Both the position numbers and the translations under genes were made by a program. 64,000 bases of DNA from Takakia lepidozioides (Eukaryota; Plantae; Bryophyta): assembly GCA_030704615.1 (NCBI GenBank), contig CM060733.1, forward strand, positions 35,278,001 to 35,342,000. Direction: 5' to 3'. Below, one piece after another: positions 51,630-62,189 of this stretch. Under the pieces are notes generated by a model. That model was given only the letters and a program-made list of their open reading frames with translations, had not been told where the DNA came from and ran no database searches. Position 1 is the stretch's first letter; every line of letters starts with the position of its first letter.

Positions 51630-53271
51630 TTATTGCAAGGCGAAGGCGAAGACATGCCTGTCGGACAACGTCCCTGCCCACATTGAAGCACCTAAGGGAC
51701 AAAGCGGGTGGTTAGTAGCATGCGGCATGCAATTGCAATCGGGCCAGGGGACAAAATGTGCACGTGAAGGCTTACCCGTGCCGCATGTGAGGTCAAGAAT
51801 CCGCCCTTGGACATCCGAGCACGTCTCCATGAGGGTTTGGATGAAAGCGGGGCTCCGGGTCCGGCTGTACCGCCACGGTTTGCCTGTCTTTGTGTCCTTC
51901 GGCATACTGGAGTGGGGCACATAGTTGTAGAGGACATCGTAGGTAACAGGGTCCACAGCGACATCAACAAGACGACCGTCATTGCGGAATTTGAACGTAG
52001 ACCCTCTCTTCACAAAACAATATGTCTCAAACACCAATGTCTGCACATCCAACAAAAGAGGGATCCACTCCAGGGTCTAGTTTAGATACACCACAATATG
52101 AAGTGAATGCAATAGATTGATAACTTGTACTCTGGCCCTCTGTTTGCAACCCCTGCGTATTGATGCAGAACCATTTTTTCAAGAGGACCAGGGTGACACT
52201 TTTTGGTGTCCACCTTGCCACAACATTCTTTGTGGTCTTCCCTCTTGTGGCAAGGACCACCATACATCCACCGTCATCCAGGAGCATCCCGCCAGCCCAA
52301 ACCCGGCTCTCCAGTAGTCTCCGTAAACCTGTTCCAGGTGGGCACACTATCCAGGCCCTCCAACAGCTCCCCATCTGGAATATCGAGGAGAATCATATCG
52401 CAGGCTCTCTCCACCTCACCACCCCCCCCCACCCCCCCCCCCCCCCCCACCGAGTGCTCTTGCAATCCGGCTCAAAGCCGTGAAGAATTCCATCATGGCT
52501 TCCAAACCAGGGGTGTCTTTAGGCTCTGTAGACAGTAGCCCTCTTCTTGGCTTTCCCCTTCAGCTCTCCAGAGACTTGCTGTGTGCCACCCTTCTTCGCC
52601 CTGGCAGCCAGAGCATCAAGAAAGCTCTCATTGACGCGCATTGGATGATAGTTGGGGGGATCTAACTTTGGCCTTTGTGGAAACGTCACCACCAAATACC
52701 GCCGTGTAGGCTCGCCCTCAAATGCCAACTTCTTGGCAGAGCCAGTCCCAGTCCGAACTGACTTGGGAACCCCGGACGACCGGTGACTTGTAGTAGCAGC
52801 AGCAGTCGCAGACCTTGCACAAAGTCGTCGTCGGAGTCACTCCCTTGGGGCCCCTTCTGCGCCTCCTCTGGTGCCCGGTGGTTTCTGTTTTTTGGGGTTA
52901 CTTTACTCCCATGTTTCCGTCCTTTTCATTTGTCTTTTATTCTTCTCATTCAATTCTCCTGAATACCTGCCTAAGCAAGCTCTGCCGCTTTCCTGGACTT
53001 GACAAGCGCTTTCGCCTCCTTTGGACCCAGCGGAGGCAGCGGAGCTCGGTTTGGTCGGGCCTCCGCATCCAGCTTCAATTGGAACTCGGATGAGTCGAGC
53101 GAGCCGGGCGGAAGGTCCACATAACAAGGGCAGTCGCGCAAATGCTTCAGATGCCACTCCTTCACGATAACGTCAGTGTACATGGAGTCAGCTCCAGGGT
53201 TCCTCCATGCGAAGAAGAATGGCGGCTGGAAGGACAGATGGACTTTCTCCAACAGGGAGAACTTACAGTAC
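51630..53271 (-). pseudogene. Intron-containing beta-class N4-cytosine/N6-adenine DNA methyltransferase-like gene (degenerate, 5' part missing)
   Basis: Order IV-VI-X-I: ACDMILLDIPDG (52380-52405), LLDDGGCMVVL, RSPAFIQTLMETCSDVQGRILDLTCGTG|ASMWAGTLSDRHVFAF, joined in frame by GT-AG intron 51692-51775. Other acceptors at 52041 and 53272. Confidence 0.75.
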
Positions 53272-53599
53272 CTGCATTCAAAAAACACAGACAGAATCAC
53301 ATCCACTTTTCCAGACTGGGTCCGAAATGGCTAAGTCCCAGATCTGACTGGGCCCGGAACTGGAAAAATGGCGCCGAATTTCCAGAATATGTGCCATCCG
53401 CCCCAGGGACTTAGCCATTTTCAGACCCTGTACTGGAAAAATGGGCCGGAGGGTCTGAAACCGGACGACATTGGTGGGCATAACGTGCCAAAAAGTGGAC
53501 CGCAGGCGAAAAACTCTAAGTTGAGTGACTGATTAGCAAAAAACGCGAAAAAAAATGAAAAATTGTTGATGAAGGGTCGATACGGGCATCTGTTGATGG

Positions 53600-54335
53600 A
53601 TATTTGGCGCCGTTTTTCCATCCTGCAGATGATCTCTTTCGGCCACTCCCCCCGAGACGACTCCATCCGTGCGGCCTTGGATGGAAATACGGCGCCGCTT
53701 TTCCATCGAGGGATGTTCTCTGTCGGCTAGATGTCGGCCTCTCCCCCGAGACGACTTCATCCGACGGGCCTCGTCCTGAAATTCGGCGCCGTTTTTCCAT
53801 CCGGGGGATGTTCTCTGTCGGCCAGGTGTCGGCCTCTCCCCCAAGACGACTTCATCCGACGGCCTCGAATGGAAATCGGCGCCGTTTTCCATCGGGGGAT
53901 GTTTCTCTGTCGGCCAGGTGTCCGCCTCTCCCCCGAGACGACTTCATCCGAACGGCCTCGGATGGAAATTCGGCACCGTTTTTCCATCCGGGGGATATTC
54001 TCTGTTGGCCAGGTGTCCGCCTCTTCCCCCGAGACGACTTCATCCGAACGGCCTCGGATGCAAATTCGGCGCCGTTTTTCCATCCGAGGGATGTTCTTTG
54101 TCGGGTAGGTGTCGTCCTCTCCCCACGAGACGACTTCATCCGAACGGCCTCGGATGGAAATTCGGCGCCGTTTTTCCATCCGAGGGATGTTCTCTGTCGG
54201 CCAGGTGTCGGCCTCTCCCCCCGAGACAACTTCATCCGAACGGCCTCTAATGGAAATTCGGCGCCGTTTTTCCATCCGAGGGATATTCTTTGTCGGCCAG
54301 GTGTCGGCCTGCCCCCTGAGACGACTTCATCCGAC
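53600..54335. repeat. Tandem array, about 8 x 92-96 bp, with palindromic core GGAAATTCGGCGCCGTTTTTCC
   Basis: GACTTCATCCG-type anchor recurs near 53664, 53758, 53853, 53945, 54041, 54137, 54233 and 54328. Confidence 0.95.
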
Positions 54336-54337
54336 AC

Positions 54338-55497
54338 GTTGGTTCCCATTGTCACAAATTGACGAGGGTAACTTGCGGAGGCTGCCCACGAGGCAGAGCA
54401 GCTCGTTCAAGAGGAGGTTAAGTTGAGACCTGGTGTCAAACCCAAATAGATACAGCTGCAGGCCGCCCATAAGATGGCATTGGCCAGAATTATGTCGGAA
54501 GACGGCTCCGACAGAGTTCCTCTCGATGAGAAGGAAATGGAGGCATTGTTGGAGTCGGTGTTCCACGTATGTTCACCGAGTGTCCGAAACCACATTGTCT
54601 CCTGCAAACAGAGAATTGGGCGTGGCTCGGATATACACTCCATTCTGGAGGTGAAGCGACGATGTGGATATGACTACATTCATGGAAGTAGATTTTCAGG
54701 ACAAGGGACTGAGGCAGATCGCTGTTTCGTATTCAAAATGTCAACGTGTGGGCCTGGCAGCGGCGTCAAACTGGTCCACCGGATGACGAGTGGGGACTTG
54801 TCAAACAGTTGGGTCATGTTCGACCATATCAAAGCGAATACAAATCACCAGTGGGTAACAATGGATGCACATGTCTACGACACCCACTGCAGGATGCTAA
54901 TTACAATTGTTATTTGTGAGATGAAAGGAGAGGACACGCATCGGGAGATGCTTCTTTGGCAGGGAAAATAAACGAACAGATGGCCAGGGCAGGATTTCCC
55001 CCTCCTAATTTTCCGTGGTTTCATGGCGGACAACGCACAAGCAAATTGGGCTGCCATCCGAAGGGTGTACGGGGAAGACATCAATGTTCCGATGAAAAGC
55101 AATGAGAGATCTTGTGGGTTCCATTTTCTGCAGAGCTTGTCGCAGTACACAACCAAGCTCGTGGCGCCAGATTTCAGAGAGGAGCACCGTTCCATGTGTC
55201 TTGCGTGGAAGTGTGCTCCCACCTTGGATGATGCAGAGACACAGTTTGCATGTATACGGGCTTGGTGGACAACGTCAGGTGCTGTAAAGAAATCAGACGA
55301 GGGAGCAATGGTCAGTTGGCTAGCATGGTGGCATTATCGTTTCCTCCAGTTCGGCGACTATATGCGGGAGGTGAGTTGGACAAATTTGCCGTCCCGTGAA
55401 TATTATGCTAGCTACTCATATTTGTAATGCTTGTAAACATGTGCAGAATATGTGCAGGAAATGTTTGAGCTCCAGGGGGTTGCTATTCCATATGCAC
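54338..55497 (+). pseudogene. Mutator-like transposase DDE-core remnant (paralog of 56088-59630)
   Basis: VFKMSTCGPGSGVKLVHRM, WVMFDHIK, FRGFMADNAQANWAAIRRVYG, ERSCGFHFLQSL, WLAWWHYR; intron 55371-55457; truncated at both ends. Confidence 0.9.
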
Positions 55498-56087
55498 AGG
55501 TTGCGTGCATGCATGCACAAAATCCCTTATTATATATGCATGTGACAAATTTGTATGCACACATTGTAGATTGTATGCAGTGGAGTTATATAACATAGAA
55601 TACGACGTATTTATTGCATATGCAAATGTTACATCATATGTATATAGAAAAAAATAAAATAAAAATCTTAGCTAACAAAATCAGTAGTCAATGGTCAAAG
55701 ATGCATGTGACCACTAACTCCAACTAATGCACCACCTTAAACTGAAGAGAATACAAGATCCCTGGCCAAAGTAATAGTTTGCAAACTTGTATTCAAGGAA
55801 AACAGTTTCATATTAACCAAAATATGGACTTTTGTACTAACAAATGCATATGTGTCATGTTTGGAACCACCACATTGCATGTCTGTTTGTAATGCCAAGC
55901 AGTTCTATAATTTGAAAACTTGTATGACAGGTACACAAGTTCCATTTTAACCAAAATAGGAACTTCTGTACTAACAAATGCTATGTGTCATGTTTGGAAT
56001 AAAGTAGTAACAAGATAATTACATGTCACATGCATGAAAATGAACGGCACAAGTTAGAGGTTCTTTTTTTGTGCATTTCATGTGTCA

Positions 56088-59000
56088 CTAAGAAGTTGAA
56101 CTAGGGTCCTTCTTTAGCATAGCCCTAACCTCTAACTGGCTAAGGGAAGGTTGGTGGATCTCATAAGCCCCGGCGCATCCTAGATGCACGTTGTACATGA
56201 AGTACATGTGCTTACAAGGTAGATATGTTTGTTTTTTCTTCTTGACAGATAGCTCATCAAAGTCGGGACAATCACAAGATGGAAACTGACCAATGTATAC
56301 ATTGTAAACCAATCCTGCTCTGGTAGATCCCTCTGTTTGTAGCTGGTAAATTCTCCCATAACCTGGCTGAGGCACGTTTCTGAATCCACGAACCTCAGCA
56401 ATAAGAGTCTCCGCTGACTCTTGGCGACTCAAGTGTCGAGGAGTCGGATCCCGACGCCGAATGCGCACCCCATAGCGTGTAGTGGGATACTTACCCACAG
56501 GAAGGACAACACCTTGATGAATATGTTGTTCCACTGGAAGTGGTCCCACAGGAAAGTTCGGATCAGGAACGTTGGGAGGATGGACTAGTCGAAAACCTGC
56601 AAGGGTCAAGTTGTCCACCTCTTCTTGTGTAAGGTTGGTTCCAACCTTCACAGGCCACACGTTAGGTATACCCGGTTTTCCCAAGCAATAGGATGGCACG
56701 GTCCCTCCAACACACGACAAAACATCTGTGGGGCAAAACCAAAAAACTTGCAGTTTTGGTTCTTTCATGTTCGGTGCTAGTAACTTGCCAGTGAAGCAAG
56801 GTGCAGGACTTCCTTTACCTTTCCTGATGAGCGCTTTGCATTTATCTTTGGAAACTCCAACCAAGGCAGAACAACGAACCATGGAAGCAGGACCTGTCCG
56901 CTGAATCCTGAACAATGCATCGGAAAAGTCTTGTGTCTCTCTCACTGGATTTCCCCATTGCATTGGCTGAGGAGGGATAGCAACATGTGGATTTGTCTCA
57001 CAGAAAGTCGAAGAACCAGGAATGTCATGACTTGATTTGGAGCTGACAAACCTAGATGGCTGGTGTGGACTGGGCATCCCAGTGGCGCGCACTGGAACAG
57101 TCTTTACATTCATATCACACCTCCAAGATTCGTTTGGCCCACCATGCTCATCGCCTAACTTGCGTTTGACTGGAATAGTGCGATTGTCTCCCTCCAATTG
57201 AACCCCCCTTGTGTGCATGGGTGTTCCAGCTACTATGCCACGTACAACCTTACCCATTTTTGCTGGGCTATTAGATCTAGCTGCTTGACGCAACATGAGC
57301 TCCTCTTTGTCGGGCCCCGTCCCCCATGTCTTTCCTGTGGTGTGCCTGTAAAATGTTGCCTGCTGCAAAAGAGCTCGTGACATGTCATGCATGGTGGCCT
57401 CATATAGATCCACCTTCATTTTTTTCCCATTGCCTGCTGTCTTCCACCAAGCAGAATGGACTGCCTCAGACAAATTAGTGGTAGGCATATCTGCATCTGC
57501 CTCCACATCCATGTCCTCTCTCATCCATTGGCCCCACATTCGATATCTGTAGTGCCACCATGCAAGCCATGAATCCAGTTTTGGCAGACTCTTTTCTGTG
57601 CATGCTCCTGAAGAGAGCCACCAAGCCCGAATTGCAATGTATGTGGTTGTAGCATCCTCCAAGGTAGCACTATCTTTCCATTCATAACAGAGCTGAGTGT
57701 GCCTTTCACGGAAGTCCTCCAAGATATAGTCGTTGGTGTGTCTTCGGAGGCTTTCAGCCCAATGATATAAACATGTTCTTTCTTTACCTTCCATTGGGAC
57801 ATTGGGATCAGATCCATAAACCCTTCGAACAGCAGCCCAATTCGCTCCTGCTGCATCCGCCATGAAGCCAGCAAAATTTGGTTTGTTCAAGCCAGCAAGT
57901 TTTGCTTGTTCATTGATCATCTCCCAGAATAACACCTGAGCATCTGCATCCTCTGTTTTCATATCGCAAATGGCAATGGTCATCATTCGCTTGACATATG
58001 GTTCATAGACATGACACGCAAGAGTTGTCCAATCCTTGATGCGTTTGACATGGTCAAATACTACCCAACTTGTGCGTAGATCCCCCTCACTCATGCGACG
58101 CACAAGATCAACACCACTCCCGGGACCAGCAACAGACATCTTGAAAACATGGGGGAGATGAGAAGTATGCTGGCCTGGAAGGAGATTGCTGTGAATGAAA
58201 TGGTATGTACTCAGACGCTTCAACTCCAATATGGACATGATGGAATTGACACGTGCAGATGCGACCTTGTTTTTCACATTGGGGCTACAAACATGGGCAA
58301 ACTCTTCAAGAATATCTTCCAAAGCCTCTCCCTCAAGACGTACTGTCTCTGTGCCATCAGCCACAAGAACTCGATCAATCAAGAGCTTTTGGGCCATTGA
58401 CAAGGAAATAGCTCCCGGGGTCGACCATGGCTTCATCTTAACGTGCTCTTGAATCATGCTTGATGCATTTTCCGCAGCCTCTCTATTCTCGCCCTTGGCA
58501 CATGGATGGTTATGAAACCCAACGTGAACTGCAACACGTGTATATGTTGGAAGGGAACTTGTGACATAGTACATTCTTGCCCCACAATGCGCCTCACAGA
58601 AAGGTCTTTCTTTGCAGAAACTACACTTGAACTGGTTGAATGGAACTTGGGCTCCTGCAATGAACACCTTGTCTGCATTGCCTTCCCAATAGCGGTCATT
58701 CCGTTCTCCTTCTTTCTTGAAGAAGGGGCAAGTGCTGCTTTGACATATGAGCTTTCCAACACAAAGAACCTTACTACATTTCACATGATCTGGAACACCA
58801 GACATATTGTAGGTATTGGTCTTGCACCAAGGATGACCATCAAACTTGCGGTCCATGCCTTGGAGGGACTGTGAACCACGGTCCGTACGTAGTTTGACCA
58901 CGGGGGGGAGTTCGTGGATCACTTTTCCATCAAAAGCTCGAGGAAGACACCGAACACGATGCACTGGAATGTGACTATAGTCCAAGGTAGAAAGCTCTCC

Positions 59001-59630
59001 TTTTGATCCATTCCTCCGAGCAGTGGCCAAGATACTCAAAATGGACAACACACCAGAAGGAAATGCAGATGTAGCCTCCCCTGCTAGTCGTGGAGATGAA
59101 GATAAACCCCTCGCAGATTCGCAACAATCAGACGTGGTGTTGTCCAATGGAGTTTTCCGAGGCTTCATGTCGTGAAGCAAGACCGTATGAGCAGATGAGG
59201 AAGGTTGAGATCCACAAAATACACTCTTAGAAACCTCAACACAATCCGAATTATGAGACCCCAAGCTCGCCGAATCTGCAACCTCCTCCTTCAATTTACA
59301 ACTCCCATTTGTTGCAGCTTGATCGTTCTTTCTTGCAATAGAAGTGTGCCTCTCATCATGTGACTGTGTATAGCTCGTACCTGTGACACGGTACTTGGAG
59401 AAAGTGTCTGGAAACAACTCCCATTGCTTTTGGCCGTCATTGAAAACTGGAAGCAACACTGTGGAGGCATCATCATCTCCATCATCCTCCAAAAAAACTG
59501 AACCCGGAACAAGTTTGAATCTATTGCATAACCAAGGTTCTGGGATAATGCACTTGTTTCCATTGCAAGGATAACGAACCACTTTTGCATCAGGTGGACA
59601 TGAAAGCACTGCATATTTTGGTGTAGACAT
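56088..59630 (-). CDS. Intact 1180-aa Mutator-like (MULE) transposase with Cys/His-rich N-terminal domain, DDE core and C-terminal SWIM finger
   Basis: Uninterrupted ORF; WVVFDHVK (D1), FMADAAGAN (D2), TCLYHW (CxxH), TTNLSEAVH (E); SWIM SCDCPDF...PCKH; N-terminal CSFC...HCGAR...HNHP. Confidence 0.88.
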   Translation of the reverse strand: MSTPKYAVLSCPPDAKVVRYPCNGNKCIIPEPWLCNRFKLVPGSVFLEDDGDDDASTVLLPVFNDGQKQWELFPDTFSKYRVTGTSYTQSHDERHTSIARKNDQAATNGSCKLKEEVADSASLGSHNSDCVEVSKSVFCGSQPSSSAHTVLLHDMKPRKTPLDNTTSDCCESARGLSSSPRLAGEATSAFPSGVLSILSILATARRNGSKGELSTLDYSHIPVHRVRCLPRAFDGKVIHELPPVVKLRTDRGSQSLQGMDRKFDGHPWCKTNTYNMSGVPDHVKCSKVLCVGKLICQSSTCPFFKKEGERNDRYWEGNADKVFIAGAQVPFNQFKCSFCKERPFCEAHCGARMYYVTSSLPTYTRVAVHVGFHNHPCAKGENREAAENASSMIQEHVKMKPWSTPGAISLSMAQKLLIDRVLVADGTETVRLEGEALEDILEEFAHVCSPNVKNKVASARVNSIMSILELKRLSTYHFIHSNLLPGQHTSHLPHVFKMSVAGPGSGVDLVRRMSEGDLRTSWVVFDHVKRIKDWTTLACHVYEPYVKRMMTIAICDMKTEDADAQVLFWEMINEQAKLAGLNKPNFAGFMADAAGANWAAVRRVYGSDPNVPMEGKERTCLYHWAESLRRHTNDYILEDFRERHTQLCYEWKDSATLEDATTTYIAIRAWWLSSGACTEKSLPKLDSWLAWWHYRYRMWGQWMREDMDVEADADMPTTNLSEAVHSAWWKTAGNGKKMKVDLYEATMHDMSRALLQQATFYRHTTGKTWGTGPDKEELMLRQAARSNSPAKMGKVVRGIVAGTPMHTRGVQLEGDNRTIPVKRKLGDEHGGPNESWRCDMNVKTVPVRATGMPSPHQPSRFVSSKSSHDIPGSSTFCETNPHVAIPPQPMQWGNPVRETQDFSDALFRIQRTGPASMVRCSALVGVSKDKCKALIRKGKGSPAPCFTGKLLAPNMKEPKLQVFWFCPTDVLSCVGGTVPSYCLGKPGIPNVWPVKVGTNLTQEEVDNLTLAGFRLVHPPNVPDPNFPVGPLPVEQHIHQGVVLPVGKYPTTRYGVRIRRRDPTPRHLSRQESAETLIAEVRGFRNVPQPGYGRIYQLQTEGSTRAGLVYNVYIGQFPSCDCPDFDELSVKKKKQTYLPCKHMYFMYNVHLGCAGAYEIHQPSLSQLEVRAMLKKDPSSTS

Positions 59631-60854
59631 TTGGCAATGCCCTCAAAGTTTGAGAGAAGATGCAAAATGAATGAAAGCGCACATCTTGCAAGACCTTATG
59701 CAAATACATTAAATGGCTTACATTACTTATGTGTATCATCAATCCAGAAGGTCCAAATTTTTTGAGGCATGTGCTCCATCCATATTATTCTCTGACAGAA
59801 ACAACTAAATGGACTATCCCCTATTTTTAAGACGACGGCGCCGTTGTTGAGATCTTAGAATCCAATGTACTGCCTTCTTCTTATGAGCATATGAAACATA
59901 AATGCTCTGCATGTTTCCATTTATTTTACAACCAATCGTTGATTAATCGTCCAACTATGAACTGACACACTAGACGGCACAATTTATTTACAATCAAATC
60001 CCATGACATGTATGTTGATTTGTTCTTTGATTACTCATGTATGAGTAATGAGTACAAGTATTTGTGGCGACAATTGACTCTAAAACCAATAAATTGATTA
60101 AGACACCCATAACAAAATATTTAGTTACTTTATCACTTACTTTATATTGTATTATGAAGGCGCCGCCACAAAGTAACATGTCAATCGTACAACCATCTTC
60201 TGAGGATCCACGTGTAACCCATGTAGTCCAAAAAGCACTAACGCCAGAGTGTATAAAAAAGGTTCACATTTCAGATTTGGCCAATTTGGCCTTTTTAAGG
60301 CCTTAGCCTTCGCCCCCCTTTCCCCCCGCTCTCCTTGGCGGGGGCAGGTTTGAACCCGCAACCTTGTGGAAAATACACCACAACCTTACCAACAAGCCAT
60401 GCTCTATTCAATGAAACAACCTCTACTTTTTTGTTAATAAACTGTTTCTATTCAGTTAAACTTGTTGCCATTACTACATGACTAACCCGGTATCATTACT
60501 ACACTAACGTAGTCTAGTATACTTGCACATTATCCCTTGCCACTCCCCCAAACAAACACACACAAACTACACAAGCACTTAACACGTCTCTAGTCTCTAC
60601 ACCCTGGAGACTCCCGTTGCGAAGAGGAGACGGAGGCGCCGCATCTCGGCCTTATACTATACCACCCCGAGGCAACGAGCTGTTGCGGCGATGGGGAGGA
60701 AGAAGGACACTCGAGGGGGAGGCGTTGCTGGTGGTGGTGGTGGTAGAGGCAAGCTGCGGACGGAGAAGGTAAGCTGTAGTTTTGTTTTTTTTCATGACCT
60801 GCACTTAGGCATATGCGCCATCGCATAAGCCCCACCAAGCTGCTCCTAATCTAG

Positions 60855-61970
60855 CACCTCCGCCGGCGCAGATGCCTAAGTCACTTCAACTCTCACAAGT
60901 TTGCGAATCTCCACACATACACACAACCGTCTCCGCCGGCGGAGACAGCTCATTCCCCTTGGTTTTTTCTGATGCTTGGAAGGGCTGGGCTGCCACCTCC
61001 GCCGGCGCATACCGTTGGAGCTGGGATGCTCACATGTTTCAGGAAGTGCTCCTCTACTCCCATCCCGTTTATTTTTTTGCATGCTCATACGTTGCTGATG
61101 CTCCGAGCGGGTTGGGCTGGCGTATCCGCCGGCGCATACCTGTGCAGCAGGGCTGCTCAAATGTTTCAGGAAGTTCTCCCCTTTTCCATCTCCTTTGTTT
61201 TTCCGCATGCTCAAAAGTTGCTGATGCTCCGAGTGGGCTGCGCTGGCATATCCGCCGGCGCATACCCATTGAGTACATTCTTTTTTGCTCAGCTCATAGG
61301 TTTCAGGAACCTCCTGCAAGCGTCTCCGCCGGCGGAGACACTTGGAGCTTGGTTTTTTTTGCATATTCCCTGTGTTACGGAAGCTCCAAAGCGCCAAGGC
61401 TGCCACCTCTGTCAACACAGACCCGTGCAGCAGGGCTGCTCACATATTTCAGGAAGTTCTCCCCCCCTTCCATCTCTTTTGTTTCTCCGCATTCTCATAA
61501 GTTGTTGATGCTCCGAGCGGGCTGGGCTGCCATATCCGCCGGCGCATACCCATTGAGCACAATCTTTTTTTGCTTAGCTCCTAGGTTTCAGGAACCTCAT
61601 GCAAGCATCTCCGCCGGCGGAGATGCTTGGAGCTTGGTTTTTTGTTGTATATTCCTTGTGTTACGTAAGCTCCAAAGTGTCGAGGCTGCCACCTCCGTCG
61701 GCGCAGACGCTTGGGGAACCTTCCCTATTTTGGTTGATCACAGTATTCAAGTATCTCAAAGCTTCTACGTTGCCACCTCCACAACTCCACATGCTTCCAT
61801 AGGCCTAGTTTGATCTTTCAAGGTGCTCCTGTATGTTTGGCTACAACCTCCCTTCCATGGTATGCGCCGGCGCATATGCTTGGAGCTCCTTGAGCAAAAA
61901 TTTCTTCAAGGGCCTCAAATCTTGTCAAATTTTGAGTTGGTTGCACATATGTGTCATATGCGCCGGCGTA
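60855..61970. repeat. Complex repeat array with ten CGCCGGCG palindromes
   Basis: CGCCGGCG at 60861, 60934, 61000, 61127, 61253, 61327, 61537, 61612, 61865 and 61961; about 125-bp subunits within a roughly 285-bp duplication. Confidence 0.93.
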
Positions 61971-62189
61971 GGTGGTCGGAGGTCCTCTGTCGGGATGCTC
62001 AGGCCTGTATTCTGCTCCAAGTTGTAAGCTTTGAAAGACAAGGATATTCATGGAATTAGTTGACTATCCAAATTCATTTGTTTTCTTCATGCAACCATGA
62101 CACTGAACTGCTCTTTTTACATATTATACATTCACACATGTGCTCTTCTCATACACTGACATCTTGAACTGTTTTGGTCTATGGAATTA

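Noticed and set aside
53600-54335. CRISPR array
   Set aside because: Whole units repeat; there are no unique spacers and no cas genes, and the context is eukaryotic.
60872-61813. 313-aa and overlapping ORFs (likewise the ORFs at 53533-54426)
   Set aside because: These are by-products of GC-rich repeat arrays, open in several frames, with no domain motifs.
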